Shown here piece after piece: positions 17,986 to 46,696 of a stretch of DNA of 64,000 nucleotides (its first letter is position 1; each line of letters starts with the position of its first letter). The position numbers and the translations under genes were made by a program. Source of the DNA: the human T2T-CHM13v2.0 reference genome, Homo sapiens. A model generated the notes under the pieces. It did no database searches, was not told where the DNA came from, and saw only the letters and a program-made list of their open reading frames with translations. The stretch lies in NCBI RefSeq assembly GCF_009914755.1, contig NC_060931.1, one strand, 5' to 3'.

Positions 17986-20900
17986 CGGGGCCAGGGCTCT
18001 TTGTCACTTGGCCCCGGGAACCCATGGTGACCACCACAGTGGGGGGCCAGCCTGTACGCTTCCTAATTGACACCGGGGTGGAACACTCAGTACTCCAGAC
18101 ACCCTTAGGCAGTGTCTAATAAAAAGGTTGCTGAGTAAAGGGCTACTGGAGCTATTCAGGAATATCCTGTCACCCACTCACGAGAGGTGAGTTTAGGACA
18201 GAAAAGAGTAACCCACTTGTTCCTCGTGGTCCCAGAGTGCCCCTTCTCCCTCCTCGGATGAGACCTGCTTCATAAGCTACAGGCGTCCATCTCCTTCTCG
18301 GCCCAACAAACTCACCTCATGTTAGGGGACACAATGCCCCCTACTGCTCAGCTCCTGCTAACCACCCTTCGGTCAGAGGAATATCTCTTAGTTTCACCCT
18401 CACAACTGCCGGAGAATAAAAGTAATCCTCTCCTACTGGCTTTACAGACTCTGTTTCCTCATACCTCCCAGGACTGGCAAACCACCATCTGCCAGCTGTT
18501 GTAGAACTCCTGGCCACCACCCTGCCGGTCCAGGTCAAACAATATCCTATGATTCTGTGGGCTATAGAGGGAATTAATCCTCATATTCAGCAACTATTAC
18601 AAGCTGGTATACTCACACCGTGTGAGATCGCCTGGAATATTCCATTTTTGCCGGTCCAGAAACCCGGAACAAATGATTACCAGCCTGTACAGGACTTGCA
18701 GGAAGGTAACAAGCAGACAGTCACTGTCCATCCAACTGTCTCTAACCCTTATACTTTACTCAGCCTGCTCCCACCAGAACATATGGTGTACACTGTCCTT
18801 GACTTCAAGGATGCTTTTTTTTGCTATTCCTCTGGCCCCAAAAGTCAACCTATCTTTGCTTTTGAACAGACATATCCTGGCTCGGTAGACACCACCCAAT
18901 TAACCTGGACTTGGTTACCCCGAAGTTTTAAAAATTCCCCCACCCTTTTTAGGGAAGCCCTCCAACAGGATCTTTTACCATTCTGAGCCAGTCACCCTAA
19001 CTGCACTCTTCTCCAGTATGTAGACGACCTGTTATTGGCTACTGAAACTACTGACAGCTGCCTGCAACATACTACGGACCTACTTTACCTCCTTCAGGAA
19101 TTCGGGTATCAGGTCCCAGCCAAGAAGGCCAGCTTTTTCTTCCCAGCATTTCCTACCTAGGGTATGAGACAAATGAAGGAAAAAGGGCACTCACCAGTGC
19201 TCGAAAGGCAGCCATCCTTCAAATCCCCACTCCCACCACTAAGAGACAGGTACATGAATTCCTGGGCACCGTGGGATATGGTCGCCTATAGATATTGGGG
19301 TTCATGGAAATTGCCAAACCCCTGTACACCACTACTGGAGGGAATACCCCGCTGGTTTGGACTGACAAAGAAGAACAGGCTTTTCAAAATCTGAAGAAGG
19401 CACTAACTGAGGCCCCTGCTCTTGCCCTCCCAAATATCTCAAAACCATTTCACCTTTTTGTTCATGAAAACCAAGGAGTCGCTAAAGGGGTACTTACTCA
19501 GACTTTAGGGCCATGGCAACACCCAGTGGCCTATTTGTCTAAGAGACTGGACCCTGTGGCCTCTGGGTGGCCAAGTTGTCTGCGAGCCATAGTGGCAACA
19601 GCAAGCCAGGTCCAGGAGGCTGATAAACTGACTCTGGGCCAGAATTTAACCCTTACGGCTCCTCATGCTGTAGAGACCTTGCTACAAAGTGCTTCTGGCA
19701 AATGGATGTCGAATGCTCGCATCTTGCGGTATCAGAGTTTACTGTTAGATCAGCCGCGTTTAACTTTCTCTCCCACAAGGTGTTTAAATCCAGCTACCTT
19801 GTTCCCTGATCCAGACCTTACCACACCTGTCCATGACTGCCAAGAACTGTTAGAAACTATGGAAACTGGCTGACCTCATCTCCAAGATGTGCCTCTAAAG
19901 GAGGTGGATGCCACCGTGTTTACAGATGGTAGCAGCTTCCTTGAACAGGGAGTACAGAAGGCTGGTGTGGCCATTACTATGGAGACAGATGTACTGTAGG
20001 CCCAGGCACTGCCGGCAGGTACCTTGGCACAGAGGACTGAGTTGGTAACCCTGACTCAGGCCCTCCAATAGGGTAAAGACAAATGTATTAACATCTACAC
20101 TGACAGCAGGTATGCTTTTGCTACTGTACATGTACACAGAGCCATCTATCAAGAGCGAGGGCTACTCACCTCAGCAGGAAAGAGTGTCAACAACAAAGAA
20201 GAAATTTTAGCCCTGCTTGAAGCTGTTTGGCTCCCTCAACAGGTGGCTGCAATTCACTGCAAAGGACATCAAAGAGAAGACATGGCCATTGCTCGTGGTA
20301 ACCAAAGAGCAGACTCTGCAGCTTGAGAGGCAGCTCAGCTCCTGGTCGTGCCTTTAACCCTGCTGCCCTCTGTGTCCTTTCCACAACTGACTGGGCAGAC
20401 TACCCAGAATACTCCCCAGAGGAAGAAAAACAAGCTTCGGATCTTCAAGCCAGTAAAAATCAGGAAGGTTGGTGAATTCTTCCTGATTCCAGAATCTTCA
20501 TGCCCCAAGCCCTTGGGGAAACTTTTATCAATCATCTACATTCTACCACCCATTTAGGAGGAGTAAAACTGGCCCAGCTTCTAAGGAGCCATTTCAAGAT
20601 CCCCCACCTTCAGGACTTAACTAACCAAGCAGCTCTCCAGTAAACGGCTTGTGCCCAAGTAAACACCAAGCAAGGTCCTAAGCCCAGCCCAGGCCACCGC
20701 CTCCAGGGAGGCTTGCCAGGAGGAAGGTGGGAAATTGACTTTACAGAGGTAAAACCACACTTGGCAGGGTATAAATACCTCCTGGTGCTAGTAGACACCT
20801 TTTCTGGATGGACTGAGGCATTTGCCACCAAAAACGAAACTGCTACCACGGTAGTTAAGCTTTTACTCAATGAAATCATCCCTCAACATGGACTGCCTGT

Positions 20901-21567
20901 TGTAATAAGGTCTGATAATGGACCAGCCTTCACCTCGTCCATAGCTCAGTCGGTCAGCAAGGCATTAAACATTCAATGGAAACTCCATTGTGCCTATCGA
21001 CCCCAGAGCTCTGGACAAGTAGAATGCATGAACCCCATCCTAAAAAGTACTCTTGCAAAATTAATCCTAGAAACCAGTGAAAACTAGGTAAAGCTCCTTC
21101 CTTTAGCCCTTCTTAGAGTAAGATGCACCCCTTACCAGGCTGGGTTTTCACCTTTTGAAATCATGTATGGAAGGGCTCCGCCTATCTTGCCTAAGCTAAA
21201 GGATACCCATTTAGCAGAAATCTCACAAGCTAACTTGTTACAGTACCTGCAGTCTCTCCAACGGGTACAAGACATCATCCAGCTGCTTGTCAGGGGAGCA
21301 CAACCCAGCCCAGTTCCTGACCAGACTGGGCCCTGCCACTCTTTCCAGCTGGGTGACCTAGTGTATGTTAAAAAGTTCCAGAAAAAAGGACTGACTCCTG
21401 CCTGGAAAGGACCTCATACTGTCATCCTCACCACACCAACAGCTCTGAAGGTGGACGGCACTCCTGCTTGGATTCATCATTCTCGCATCAAAAAGGCCAA
21501 CAAAGCCCAGCAAAAAAAATGGGTCCCCAAGCCTAGGCCAGGCCCCTTAAAACTGCGCCTAAGTTGA
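17986..21567 (+). pseudogene. HERV-T pro-pol remnant
   Basis: ORF fragments 18549-18986, 19295-19873, 20713-21087, 21163-21567 with RT, RNase H and IN motifs; frameshifts and stops. Confidence 0.88.
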
Positions 21568-23426
21568 GTAAAGCTATCGAATTAATTCTTTTTATTTACC
21601 TCTTCTGTCTGTTTCCACCTGTTATGTCCTCTGCCCCTTCCTACTCTTTTCTCCTCACTTCCTTCATGACAGGATGTGTGTTTGCAAACACCACTTGGAA
21701 GGTGGGACCCTCCAAGGAAGTCTCTTTTGTAGTCGGTTTATGTGCTTTGTTCCCCGACCCTGCCCATACCCTTGAAGAGCAATGCAATCTGCCGATCATG
21801 AGAGCAGGGAACGCTGACCTTGCTGCAGGGTTCGGACACACCAGAAGCCAAACTGGATGTGGAAGTTCTAAGGGTGCAGAAAAAAGGCTCCAGAGCGTTG
21901 ACTTTTACCTTTGTCCTGGAAATCGCCCTGACTCTAGTTGTCGAGATTCTTACCAGTTTTTCTGCCCTTACTGCATGTGTGTAACCTTGGCCACTTACTC
22001 TGGAGGATGAACCTGATCCTCAACCCTTTCCATAGCTTGTGCTTCCCATCCTAAGCCGTGTACTATAGGAAATTGTAATCCTCTTACTATAACTGTCCGT
22101 AACCCTAGTTTAACTCAATGGTATTACAGCATGTCATAGGGATTAAGGCTTTATATTTCAGGATTTGATGTTGGAACTATGTTCACCATCCAGAAAAAAT
22201 TCCTGGTCCCATGAAGCCAATCAGAACTTTAACTGATTTAGGTGACCCTATGTTCCAAAAACACCCAGAGAGAGTCGATTTAACTGTCCCACTGCCATTC
22301 CTGGTTCTGAGACCCCAGCTGCAATGACAATACCTCCAACCCAGCCCGATGTCCATTTTGGACGGGATACATCACCTCCTTAATCTCACCAAGCCTAAAC
22401 TAGCCTGAGATTGCTGGTTGTGCCGAAAGGCCAAACCCCCATATTATGTTGGATTAGGAGTAGAAGCCATGCTCAAAATGGACTCTCTTTCTTGTCATAC
22501 GTGCCCCCATGCCCTTACACTAGGAGATGTGTCAGGGAATGCCTTCTGTCTAATTAGCGCAAGGTATAACTTACCTGCTTCTCCCTTTCAGGCTACTTGT
22601 AGTGAGTCTCTCCTTACTTCCTTAAACCCCTCAGTCTCCTACCAGGCACCCAAAAATACCTGGTTGGCCTGCATTTCAGGCCTCACTCGCTGCATCAATG
22701 GGACTGAACCTGGACCTCTCCTATGCATGTTGATTCATGTACTCCCCCAGATCTACATGTACAGTGGGCCAGAAGGACAACTTCTCATTGCTCCCCCTGA
22801 ATTGCATTTCAGGTTTCACCGAGCTGCCCTACTCCTTGTACCCCTTCTAGCTGGCCTTAGCATAGCTACGTCAGCAGCTATTGGCACGACTGCCCTGATT
22901 CAAGGAGAAACTGGACTAATATCACTATCTCAACAGGTAGATGCTGATTTAAGCAATCTCCAATCAGCCATAAATATACTACATGCCCAGGTAGAGTCTC
23001 TAGCTGAAGTAGTTCTTCAAAACCGCCGAGGCTTAGATCTGCTATTTATCTCCCAAGGAGGTTTATGCACAGCTCTAGAAGAAAGTTGTTGTTTCTATGC
23101 CAATCAGTCTGGAGTCATAAAAAATACTCTTCAAAGAGTTCGAGAAAATCTAGATAGATGCCAGAAGGAACAAGAAAGTAACACCACCTTTCTCATTCCT
23201 GGAGTACCAAAGTACCAAAGCATGTTTAACTGGAATCCCTGGCTAACTACTCTAATTACTGGGTTGGCGGGACCCCCTTCTCCTCCTCTTGTTAGGGTTA
23301 GTCTTCAGGCCTTGTATATTAAATTGGTTTCTTAATTTTGTAAAGCAACGCATAGCTTCTGTCAATCTTATGTATCTTAGAACCCAATATAACACCCTTG
23401 TTATAACCGAGGAATCAATGATCTGA
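21564..23426 (+). pseudogene. HERV-T env remnant
   Basis: Signal-peptide-like start; SU broken by stops; TM with fusion peptide and immunosuppressive domain; frameshift before the anchor. Confidence 0.88.
22813..22936 (+). other. AKR1B15: Candidate non-coding 5'UTR exon of AKR1B15 within HERV-T env
   Basis: gcatttcag|GTTTCACC...CAACAG|gtagat, 124 nt, no ATG; fits my recollection of an upstream non-coding exon, not verified. Confidence 0.55.
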
Positions 23427-23449
23427 TTCCCCCAAACACGAGTGGGAAA

Positions 23450-23946
23450 TGTGATACCCTAACTTCTTTTAACCTGATTGACTCTCTCTTAGCTGAGAGA
23501 GCTGGACAGACTCCATTTTGGTTTCTTCACTTGCAGCCCCTTGTCCCCCTCCCTTAAGGACATAACTGGTGCAAGCTGACTCCAAGCACATCCAAGAATG
23601 CGCTTACTGATAAGATACTGAGGCAAGCTGTACCAGCAGCTCCTGGGAACGCACTCGGTTGACGGTGCCCAAAGCCTTTGCGTTTATCACTTTGTGATAA
23701 TTTAAGCCCCTGCACCTGGAACTGTTTATTTTCTTTCAACTTTTTTGCCTGTTCTGCTTCTGTAAAAAATTGCTTCAGCTACACTCCTCCTCCCCTCTTT
23801 AGACCAAGGTGTAAAAAGATATGTAGCCCCTTCTTCGGGGCTGAGAGAATTTTGAGCTCTAGCCGTCTCTCGGTTGCTGGCAATAAAGGATCACTGAATT
23901 AGTCTCAGACTGTGGCATTCTCTCTATAACTCAGTCGGTTACAATA
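23450..23946 (+). mobile_element. HERV-T 3' LTR (LTR6)
   Basis: Direct repeat of 14557-15127, preceded by a polypurine tract; AATAAA at 23882. Confidence 0.9.
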
Positions 23947-25879
23947 AAATAGCAAAACAAGTTGCCATTTCTTCCATTTAACTCCATGCCCTCCTCCTAC
24001 TGTAACCCCTGTTTTCTCTTCCATTGAACAAAAGACGTTGATAAAAATAGGAGCTAAAGAAAATGCGGATAGGAAATGGATATTATCAGATCAAAGGGAA
24101 ATGTTGTCAAAACCTCTCATGAGGGAAGTCTTGTCTCAATTACATCAAGGGACCCATTGGGGACCCCAAGCAATGTGCAATGCAGTTCTCCGGGTTTATG
24201 GGTGTATAAGAATTTACACCCTGGCCAAACAAGTTATAGATAGTTGCTTAACATGTAAAAAAAGCTAATAAGCAGGATCTAAGGAAATTGCGCCTTGGTG
24301 GAAGAAATCCAGCACTGAGACCATTTCAAAGTGTTCAGATCAATTACACTGAAATGCCTCCAATTGGTAGTTATACTTATTAGTAATAATAGACCATTTT
24401 ACCCACTGGGTAGAGGCAATCCCATTCTCACGTGCAACCTCCAGTAATGTAGTTAAAGCGCTAATTGAAAACATCATACCCAGATTTGAACTAATAGAAA
24501 ATACTGATTCAGATACTGCAACCCATTTCACTGTGCATGTCATTAAGAAGTTAGCACAGGTACTAGATATACATTGGGAATACCATACTCCTTGGCATCC
24601 ATCCTCCACAGGAAGAGTAGAGTGGATGAATCAGACTCTAATAAACCACTTAACTTAGTTTTAGAAACTCGATTGCCATGGACTAAATATACTCCTATTG
24701 CTTGGTTAAGAATCCGGACTGCCCCTTGGAAAGATATTGGCCTGTCACCTGAGGAAACGCTCTATGGAATGCCCTACTTACACTCCATTGCTGACATCCC
24801 TATGTTTGAAACAAAGGATCATTTCCTCAAAAATTATATACTTGGTCTAGGCTCTACCTTCTTTTCCCTTGGGACTAAAGGTCTCCTAGCACAGGCATCA
24901 CCCCTGGAGTTTCCAGAACATCAGCATTGGCCTTGAGACCATGTTCTCATCCAAGGGTAGAAGAAAAGGAAGCTCGAACCAGCCTGGGAAGGACCCTACC
25001 TAGTGCTCCTATGTACTGAGACTGCAGTCTGGACAACAGAAAGAGGATGGACTCATCACACCCGAGTCAAGAAGGTGCCGCCACCTCCAGAATCATGAAC
25101 TGTCACTCCACAGCCCACCCCCACCAAATTAACTCTAAAAAGAGCTTAATAATCACTTATTTATTCTCTTTTTTCTTTTCAACAGAAGGTCATCTTGTCA
25201 TCAGTGTAACTCAGGCTAGTCATTTTTTAACCCTTCAGTTTGATGCCTGTTCAGTCATCCCGTATGGAGATGAGCAAGGTCAAAAGAAGCTAGCCCATGT
25301 TGATAAGTGTCTATGTCTATACCACAAAAAATCAAGCATGTATAAGTATGGAGTGTTAAAAGTCCCAGTGGTGACTGGGCAGATGTTTGGTGGACTAATA
25401 AGTACAAAGGGTGGAGAGCCAAGCTCCCTGCTTCAAATAAATTATGACGACCAAAACAAAAAACTCCAACTAGTCCCTGGTCCCACCCCACCAAATTGTA
25501 AGCCATGACACTGTAACCCCTTGTTGCTGATTATAAATAATCCCCGGACCATGGCCCAAGAGCCCTCTATATTCAAACAGTATGGGCTAGGAGGAGATGT
25601 TGAAGGACAGATCCATTTCTTAGAGAAATGAATGTGACAATGAAAAATGACACTACTCTTCGTTCATTTTTCTTTGACAAAATAATTTTTCTGTCAATTT
25701 TGTATGTATTTAATTTTAACCAAGTAAAGCTTCTTATGGACATATATTCATCAGATTTAAAAAATGAGTTTCTTAAAGGTGCAAAACCAGGAATAGCTTG
25801 GTAAATTCATGAAGCTAGAAAGTAGCTAATCAAAGTTCTTATTAAACCTTCTGGGGTTGATTAAGAGTAGCCAAAATTA

Positions 25880-26580
<701 letters not shown>

Positions 26581-26694
26581 CCTTCTTAATCTCAATTATC
26601 TAAAAAAGATATCCCTCCTCACTGATTCATAGCTAAGTGGTTCTAGAAGGAATATTTTTATGAATAATACACATTTCTTTATTCTGTGCATCAC

Positions 26695-27135
26695 ATGAAA
26701 ATGGTCAGAATCAAAATGGAGTCACTAATGTTAAAAAACAAACAAAAGACTCTGACAAATACAGCTGGGAAGACCATGAAAAGAGGGTTCTAATGGTTGT
26801 ACACCTGAAAACCAAAAGTACCACGAAAGACGGCGAACACCACAACCTTGAGCAAAGGCCATTGCAACTGAACACAAAACATACTCTGCAAGGACCTCTG
26901 AACAACTGCCTGTCCAACCTCAGACTAACACCACTTTCGTGATTGATCTTTGGAGCCAAGGCTAATTAATTCAAAGAAATTAGATAATCCTCATTTTTTC
27001 CTTAAAAAATTTTTGTTTTCCTTTATTTTCCCAAATATACACATAGTTTACTGTGGCATGCATACTCCCATTGCAGTGGTCTATTCCCAGAGAAATATTT
27101 TTCTTTTAGGGACCTCTCTCTGTTATTTAGGTTTA
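26695..27135 (+). mobile_element. ERV1 MER4-group solo LTR (MER65-like)
   Basis: tgaaaatggtcagaatcaaaatggagtcact start and cctctctctgttatttaggtt end; family from recall. Confidence 0.5.
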
Positions 27136-27261
27136 TAGTCACAAAGGATTTACTATTTCAACAATACTAGCACTGCATATCATCCAGTATACACTGGGAA
27201 AATAAGGTGCCCCATGTGCAGATCCAGGAGACTTTGTGACCACCAGATTATGAGGCATGCA

Positions 27262-27557
27262 TGTATTTATTTATTTATTTTTGAGATGGAGTCTCTATCT
27301 GTCACCCAGGCTGGATTCCAGTGGCATAATCTTGGCTCACTGCAATCTCCACCTCCTAGGTTCAAGTGATTCTCAGGCCTCCCAAGCAGCTGGGACTACA
27401 GATACGAGCCACCTATGTGGCTAATTTTAGGATTTTTAGCAGACACAGGGTTTCACCATGTTGGCCAGGCTAGTTTCAAACACTTGAGCTCAAGTGATCC
27501 ACCTGCCTTGGCCTCCCAAAATGCTGGGATTACAGGTGTGAGACACCATGCCCGGAC
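27262..27557 (-). mobile_element. Alu
   Basis: Reverse Alu with (TTTA)n tail; gcatgtatt on both flanks. Confidence 0.9.
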
Positions 27558-27941
27558 CACGCATGTATTATTAATGTTGAAGTAGATAATTTAACAAACA
27601 TCAATGAAGTGTTAACATTTTTCACTCATAGGTGCAAAATATCATGCCAATTGCCTTCTATGAGCTGTCATAAGCCACAGCCTAGAGATTCAATTCCATT
27701 TCAAGATTCAACCAAAGCCAACTCATCAACAAGAACATGTAAAAGACAGAAAAACCCACTACCGGCAGGCTGAAACAGATGCTGTGACGTGGACCTGGCC
27801 TGTCATGGCGTGTCACAGCATGGCACAGGCCTATATCATGTTCCCTAGACTGCTGACTACCAACTAGTTACAGCTGACTCCAATCAGGTCGGGATTTGAC
27901 CATCTCTGCACTGAACCTGCAATTGTAACTTTTAAAATTGA

Positions 27942-28760
<819 letters not shown>

Positions 28761-28824
28761 CCACCACACCTACCTAATTTCTGTATTTTTAGTAGAGAGG
28801 GAGTATCACCATGTTGGCCAGGCT

Positions 28825-28883
28825 TCTTTCTTAATCTTTTCTTTTCTTTCTTTCCTTCCTTCCTTTCTTCCTTCCTTCCTTTC

Positions 28884-28923
<40 letters not shown>

Positions 28924-29085
28924 TCCTTCTTTCTTCCTTCCTTCTTTCCTTCCTTCCTTGCTCCCTTCCTTCCTTTACTCTCTTTCTGTCTTTTTCTGTC
29001 TGTTTTCTCTATTCCTTACTCTTCCCTCATTCCTTCCCTCCCTCCCCCAACTCTTCTTTCCTTCCTTTCTCTCTCCCTCCCTACT
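28825..29085. repeat. Complex (CTTT/CCTT)n polypyrimidine microsatellite
   Basis: Direct reading. Confidence 0.95.
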
Positions 29086-29099
29086 TTCCAACTTTGGGC

Positions 29100-29323
29100 T
29101 GTGTTGAATTTGTTGACTCATCGTGAACAAACAGAAACTCCAATGATACTGTTACCCAAGAGAACTTTGCAAAAGGTTGTCATGTTTAATAATTCATTCA
29201 CAGAATCCTCAATCTCACAAAAGCCTGGAATGGATTTTCTGTTTGGACAGGGCAGGGAAGCTACTGTGGCCAGGCTCCAGCTCTTCCCACTGCAGCTAGC
29301 ACAAGCCTTCTAAAGCAGGATGT
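29100..29323 (+). promoter_or_regulatory. Duplicated ancestral AKR1B10-type promoter
   Basis: AP-1 TGACTCA 29114-29120, CCAAT 29140, TATA-like TAATAA 29187, downstream of a CT microsatellite; same layout as I recall for the AKR1B10 promoter. Confidence 0.6.
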
Positions 29324-29668
<345 letters not shown>

Positions 29669-30654
29669 CTAGCAGATTGTAAAGTCACCAATCAGTGCTC
29701 TGTGTCTGGCTAAAGGATTGTTAATGCACCAATCAGCACTCTGTAAAAATGTACCAATCTTTCATCCCATCTCATCCCATCTTTCAGTCACTTCACAAAT
29801 GGTTCCTAGTAGATACAAAACAGTTTTTTCTCCAATGGGAAAACAGAAAACAGCCACTCAGTTTGCTCCCAACACCCGTTTCTAGCCGCTTACCACAGCT
29901 ACCTTGGCAAGTACTCTAGGAGTATGGGAAAATGAAAACGACAAACTCACACACCTTTTTAACATACACAACCAGTTCTGACTACCTAGCCAAGGCAGAT
30001 TCTTCTTCTGTGGAATGTCAACCTATATCTGCCTCCCGACCAACTGGACAGGCACCTGCAACCTTAGTCTTCCTATGTCCCAACATTAACATTGCCCCAG
30101 GAAATCAGACCCTATCAGTGCCCCTCAAAACTCAAGTCCGTCAGCACAGAGCCATACAGCTAATACCCCTGCTTATAGGGTTAGGAATGGCTACTGCTAT
30201 GGGAACCGGAATAGCCAGTTTATCTACTTCATTATCCTACTATCACACACTCTCAAAGGATTTCTCAGACAGTTTGCAAGAAATAACAAAATCTATCCTT
30301 ACTCTACAGTTCTAAATAGACTCTTTGACAGCAGTGACTCTCCAAAACCACTGAGGCCTAGGCCTCCTCACTGCTGAGAAAGGAGGGCTCTGCATCTTTT
30401 TAGGGGAAGAGTATTGTTTTTACACTAACCAGTCAGGGATAATACGAGATGCTGCCCGGCGTTTACAGGAAAAGGCTTCTGAAATCAGGCAATGCCTTTC
30501 TAATTCTTACACCAACCTCTGGAGTTGGGCGACATGGCTTCTCCCCTTTCTAGGTCCCATGAAAGCCATCTTGCTATTACTCACCTTTGGGCCCTGTATT
30601 TTTAACCTCCTTGTCAAATTTGTTTCCTCTAGGATCGAGGCCATCAAGCTACAG

Positions 30655-30804
30655 ATGGTCTTACAAATGGAACCCCAAGTGAACTCAACTAACAACTTCC
30701 ACCAAGGACCCCTGGACCAACCCGTTGGCCCTTTGACTGGCCTAAAGAGTTCCCTTCTGAAGGACACTACAAGTGCAGGGCCCCTTCTTCGCCCCTATCC
30801 AGCA
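30655..30804 (+). CDS. AKR1B15: Alternative first coding exon of AKR1B15 (long 344-aa isoform), derived from ERV9 env cytoplasmic tail; exon 30633-30804
   Basis: tttcctctag|GATCG acceptor, ATG at 30655, 50 codons MVLQMEPQVN...PLLRPYPA, phase-0 donor GCA|gtaagt matching phase-0 exon 2; matches the recalled N-terminus of the long AKR1B15 isoform. Confidence 0.85.
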
Positions 30805-30872
30805 GTAAGTGGCTAGAGAGGTCATCACCCAATTCCCAACAGCAGTTGTGGTGTCCTGTTTAGATGGGGGAT

Positions 30873-31464
30873 TGAGAGGTGAAGCCAGCTGGACTTCCTG
30901 GGTCAAGTGGGGACTTGGAGAACTTTTCTGTCTAGCTAGAGGATTGTAAATGCACCAATCAGTGCTCTGTGTCTAGCTAAAGGATTGTAAATGCACCAAT
31001 CAGCACTCTGTAAAAACGCAGCAATCAGCACTCTGTAACTAGCTAAAGGGTTGTAAATGCACCAATCAGCACTCTGTAAAATGGAACAATCTGCAGGATG
31101 TGGGCAAATAATGGAATAAAAGCTGGCCACCCCAGTCAGCAGCAGCAGGGAACCGCTCAGATACCCTTCCACACCGTGGAAACTTTGTTCTTACCCTCTT
31201 GACGAAAAATCTTGCTGCTGCTCACTCTTTGGGTCCACACCACCTTTAAGAGCTACAACGATCACCACGACAGTCTGCGGCTTCATTCTTGAAGTCAGCG
31301 ACACCACAAACCCACCAGAAGGGAGAAACTCCAGACACATCTGAAGGAACAAACTCCAGACACAACATCTTTAACAGCTGTAACACACACTGTGAAGGTC
31401 CACGGCTTCATTCTTGAAGCCAGCGAGACCACGAACCCTCTGGAAGGAACCAACTCTGGACACA
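30873..31464 (+). promoter_or_regulatory. LTR12 3' LTR, ending 51 bp upstream of the AKR1B15 ATG
   Basis: Multiple CACCAATC boxes, AATAAAA TATA-like element at ~31115, sense orientation. Confidence 0.8.
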
Positions 31465-31515
31465 GCAGGACGTGAGACTTCTACCTGCTCACTCAGAATC
31501 ATTTCCGCACCAACC

Positions 31516-45585
<14,070 letters not shown>

Positions 45586-45884
45586 GGTTGAATCTCCTGG
45601 TGAGATTACACAGGGGATTCTCTTTCTTCGCTGAAGTGTGACTGTCTCCACTCAAGAACTATTTTAGCCAAGCTTATCTGAGATCACAGTGAACTTTGTC
45701 CTGTTGTAGACCAGAATGGAGGTGCTGTTTTAGACATGTATTTCTGTATGTTCAACTAGGATAAGAATATCACAGAAAAGCATGGCCTGAATAAGCAAAT
45801 GACAATTTTTTCCACTTATCTGATCTGATCAAATGTCTGTTAAGCACCAGAAACTCTGCCAACACTGAGGATGTAAAGATAAAT

Positions 45885-45890
45885 AATAAA
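45885..45890 (+). terminator. AKR1B15 polyadenylation signal
   Basis: AATAAA at the position paralogous to 7466. Confidence 0.7.
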
Positions 45891-46495
45891 AAATAATGAC
45901 TTTAACCAACATGTATTGAGAGTGTACTATGCGCCAACACAATTTGAAGTGTTTTCCTGTGGGTGAATTCACTGAATCCTCAAAATAACCCCTTTGGGGT
46001 AGGTACTTTTAACATCTTCTTATTCACATTTCCTGGAAGAGGAAATAGAGATGCAGGGAGGGAGGAGGACCTTGCTCAAGGCCACCCAGGTAGTAAGTGA
46101 CTGAACCAAGTTTCAAAGGCAGGCAGGCTCTGGGATCCAGCTCACAGCAATCGATGGTCATCCCTTCCTCCTGAGTCTTTTCCTGCCACCTCTCCTCCTT
46201 GCCTGTCTCCACTCATTCCCTATCATGCTCTCCCACCTTGCCTTCAATACACCATCGTGCCAAAGAGTCAATGGCAGAACCTGCAAACTCCACAAAGATG
46301 CTAGTGTTCATTGAGAGAGGTGCGGCATTTCCTTGGGAAGTAGGGTGGAAAAACAATAAAGATACTTACTATTGCCATTAATCTGGAACATTTCTGTTTG
46401 TCCTATAATAATTGCTTCTTATGAAATATTCCAACTATATAGAAATATACAGGAAATAAACTAATGAGCATCTGGCCGCCAACATTAAAATGTTA

Positions 46496-46696
<201 letters not shown>

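Larger units (their letters stand above)
14557..23946 (+). mobile_element. HERV-T / HERVS71 provirus (LTR6), near full length, defective
   Basis: LTRs 14557-15127 and 23450-23946; 4-bp TSD AAAT; tRNA-Thr-type PBS TGGAAGCCCCAGAGAGAT at 15130; MLV-like gag (EWPKFGTGWPPDGS, PPPY, CX2CX4HX4C), protease FLIDTG, RT YVDD at 19017, integrase, env (CWLC, LQNRRGLDLLF, CX6CC). Confidence 0.9.
12257..25615 (+). mobile_element. HERV-I (HERVIP10/LTR10B-like) provirus, internally deleted, 3'-truncated in env, interrupted by HERV-T
   Basis: LTR TGTGGGATATG...CCTAACA 12257-12763; PBS at 12768; gag MGNVSSK...DSPLGLMLKY at ~13299; RNase H ~13900-14556 resumes at 23951; integrase (HQGTHWG...CLTC) ~24040-25100; env N-terminus ~25096-25610; no 3' LTR seen. 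Confidence 0.75.

Noticed and set aside
17983-17990. TGA-CGG gag/pro readthrough context
   Set aside because: Standard class I ERV gag-pol junction in a provirus whose ORFs are already destroyed
22418-23335. 305-aa HERV-T env ORF as a syncytin-like gene
   Set aside because: No ATG or signal peptide at its start, SU broken by stops upstream, degenerate furin site (RFHR), frameshift before the TM anchor
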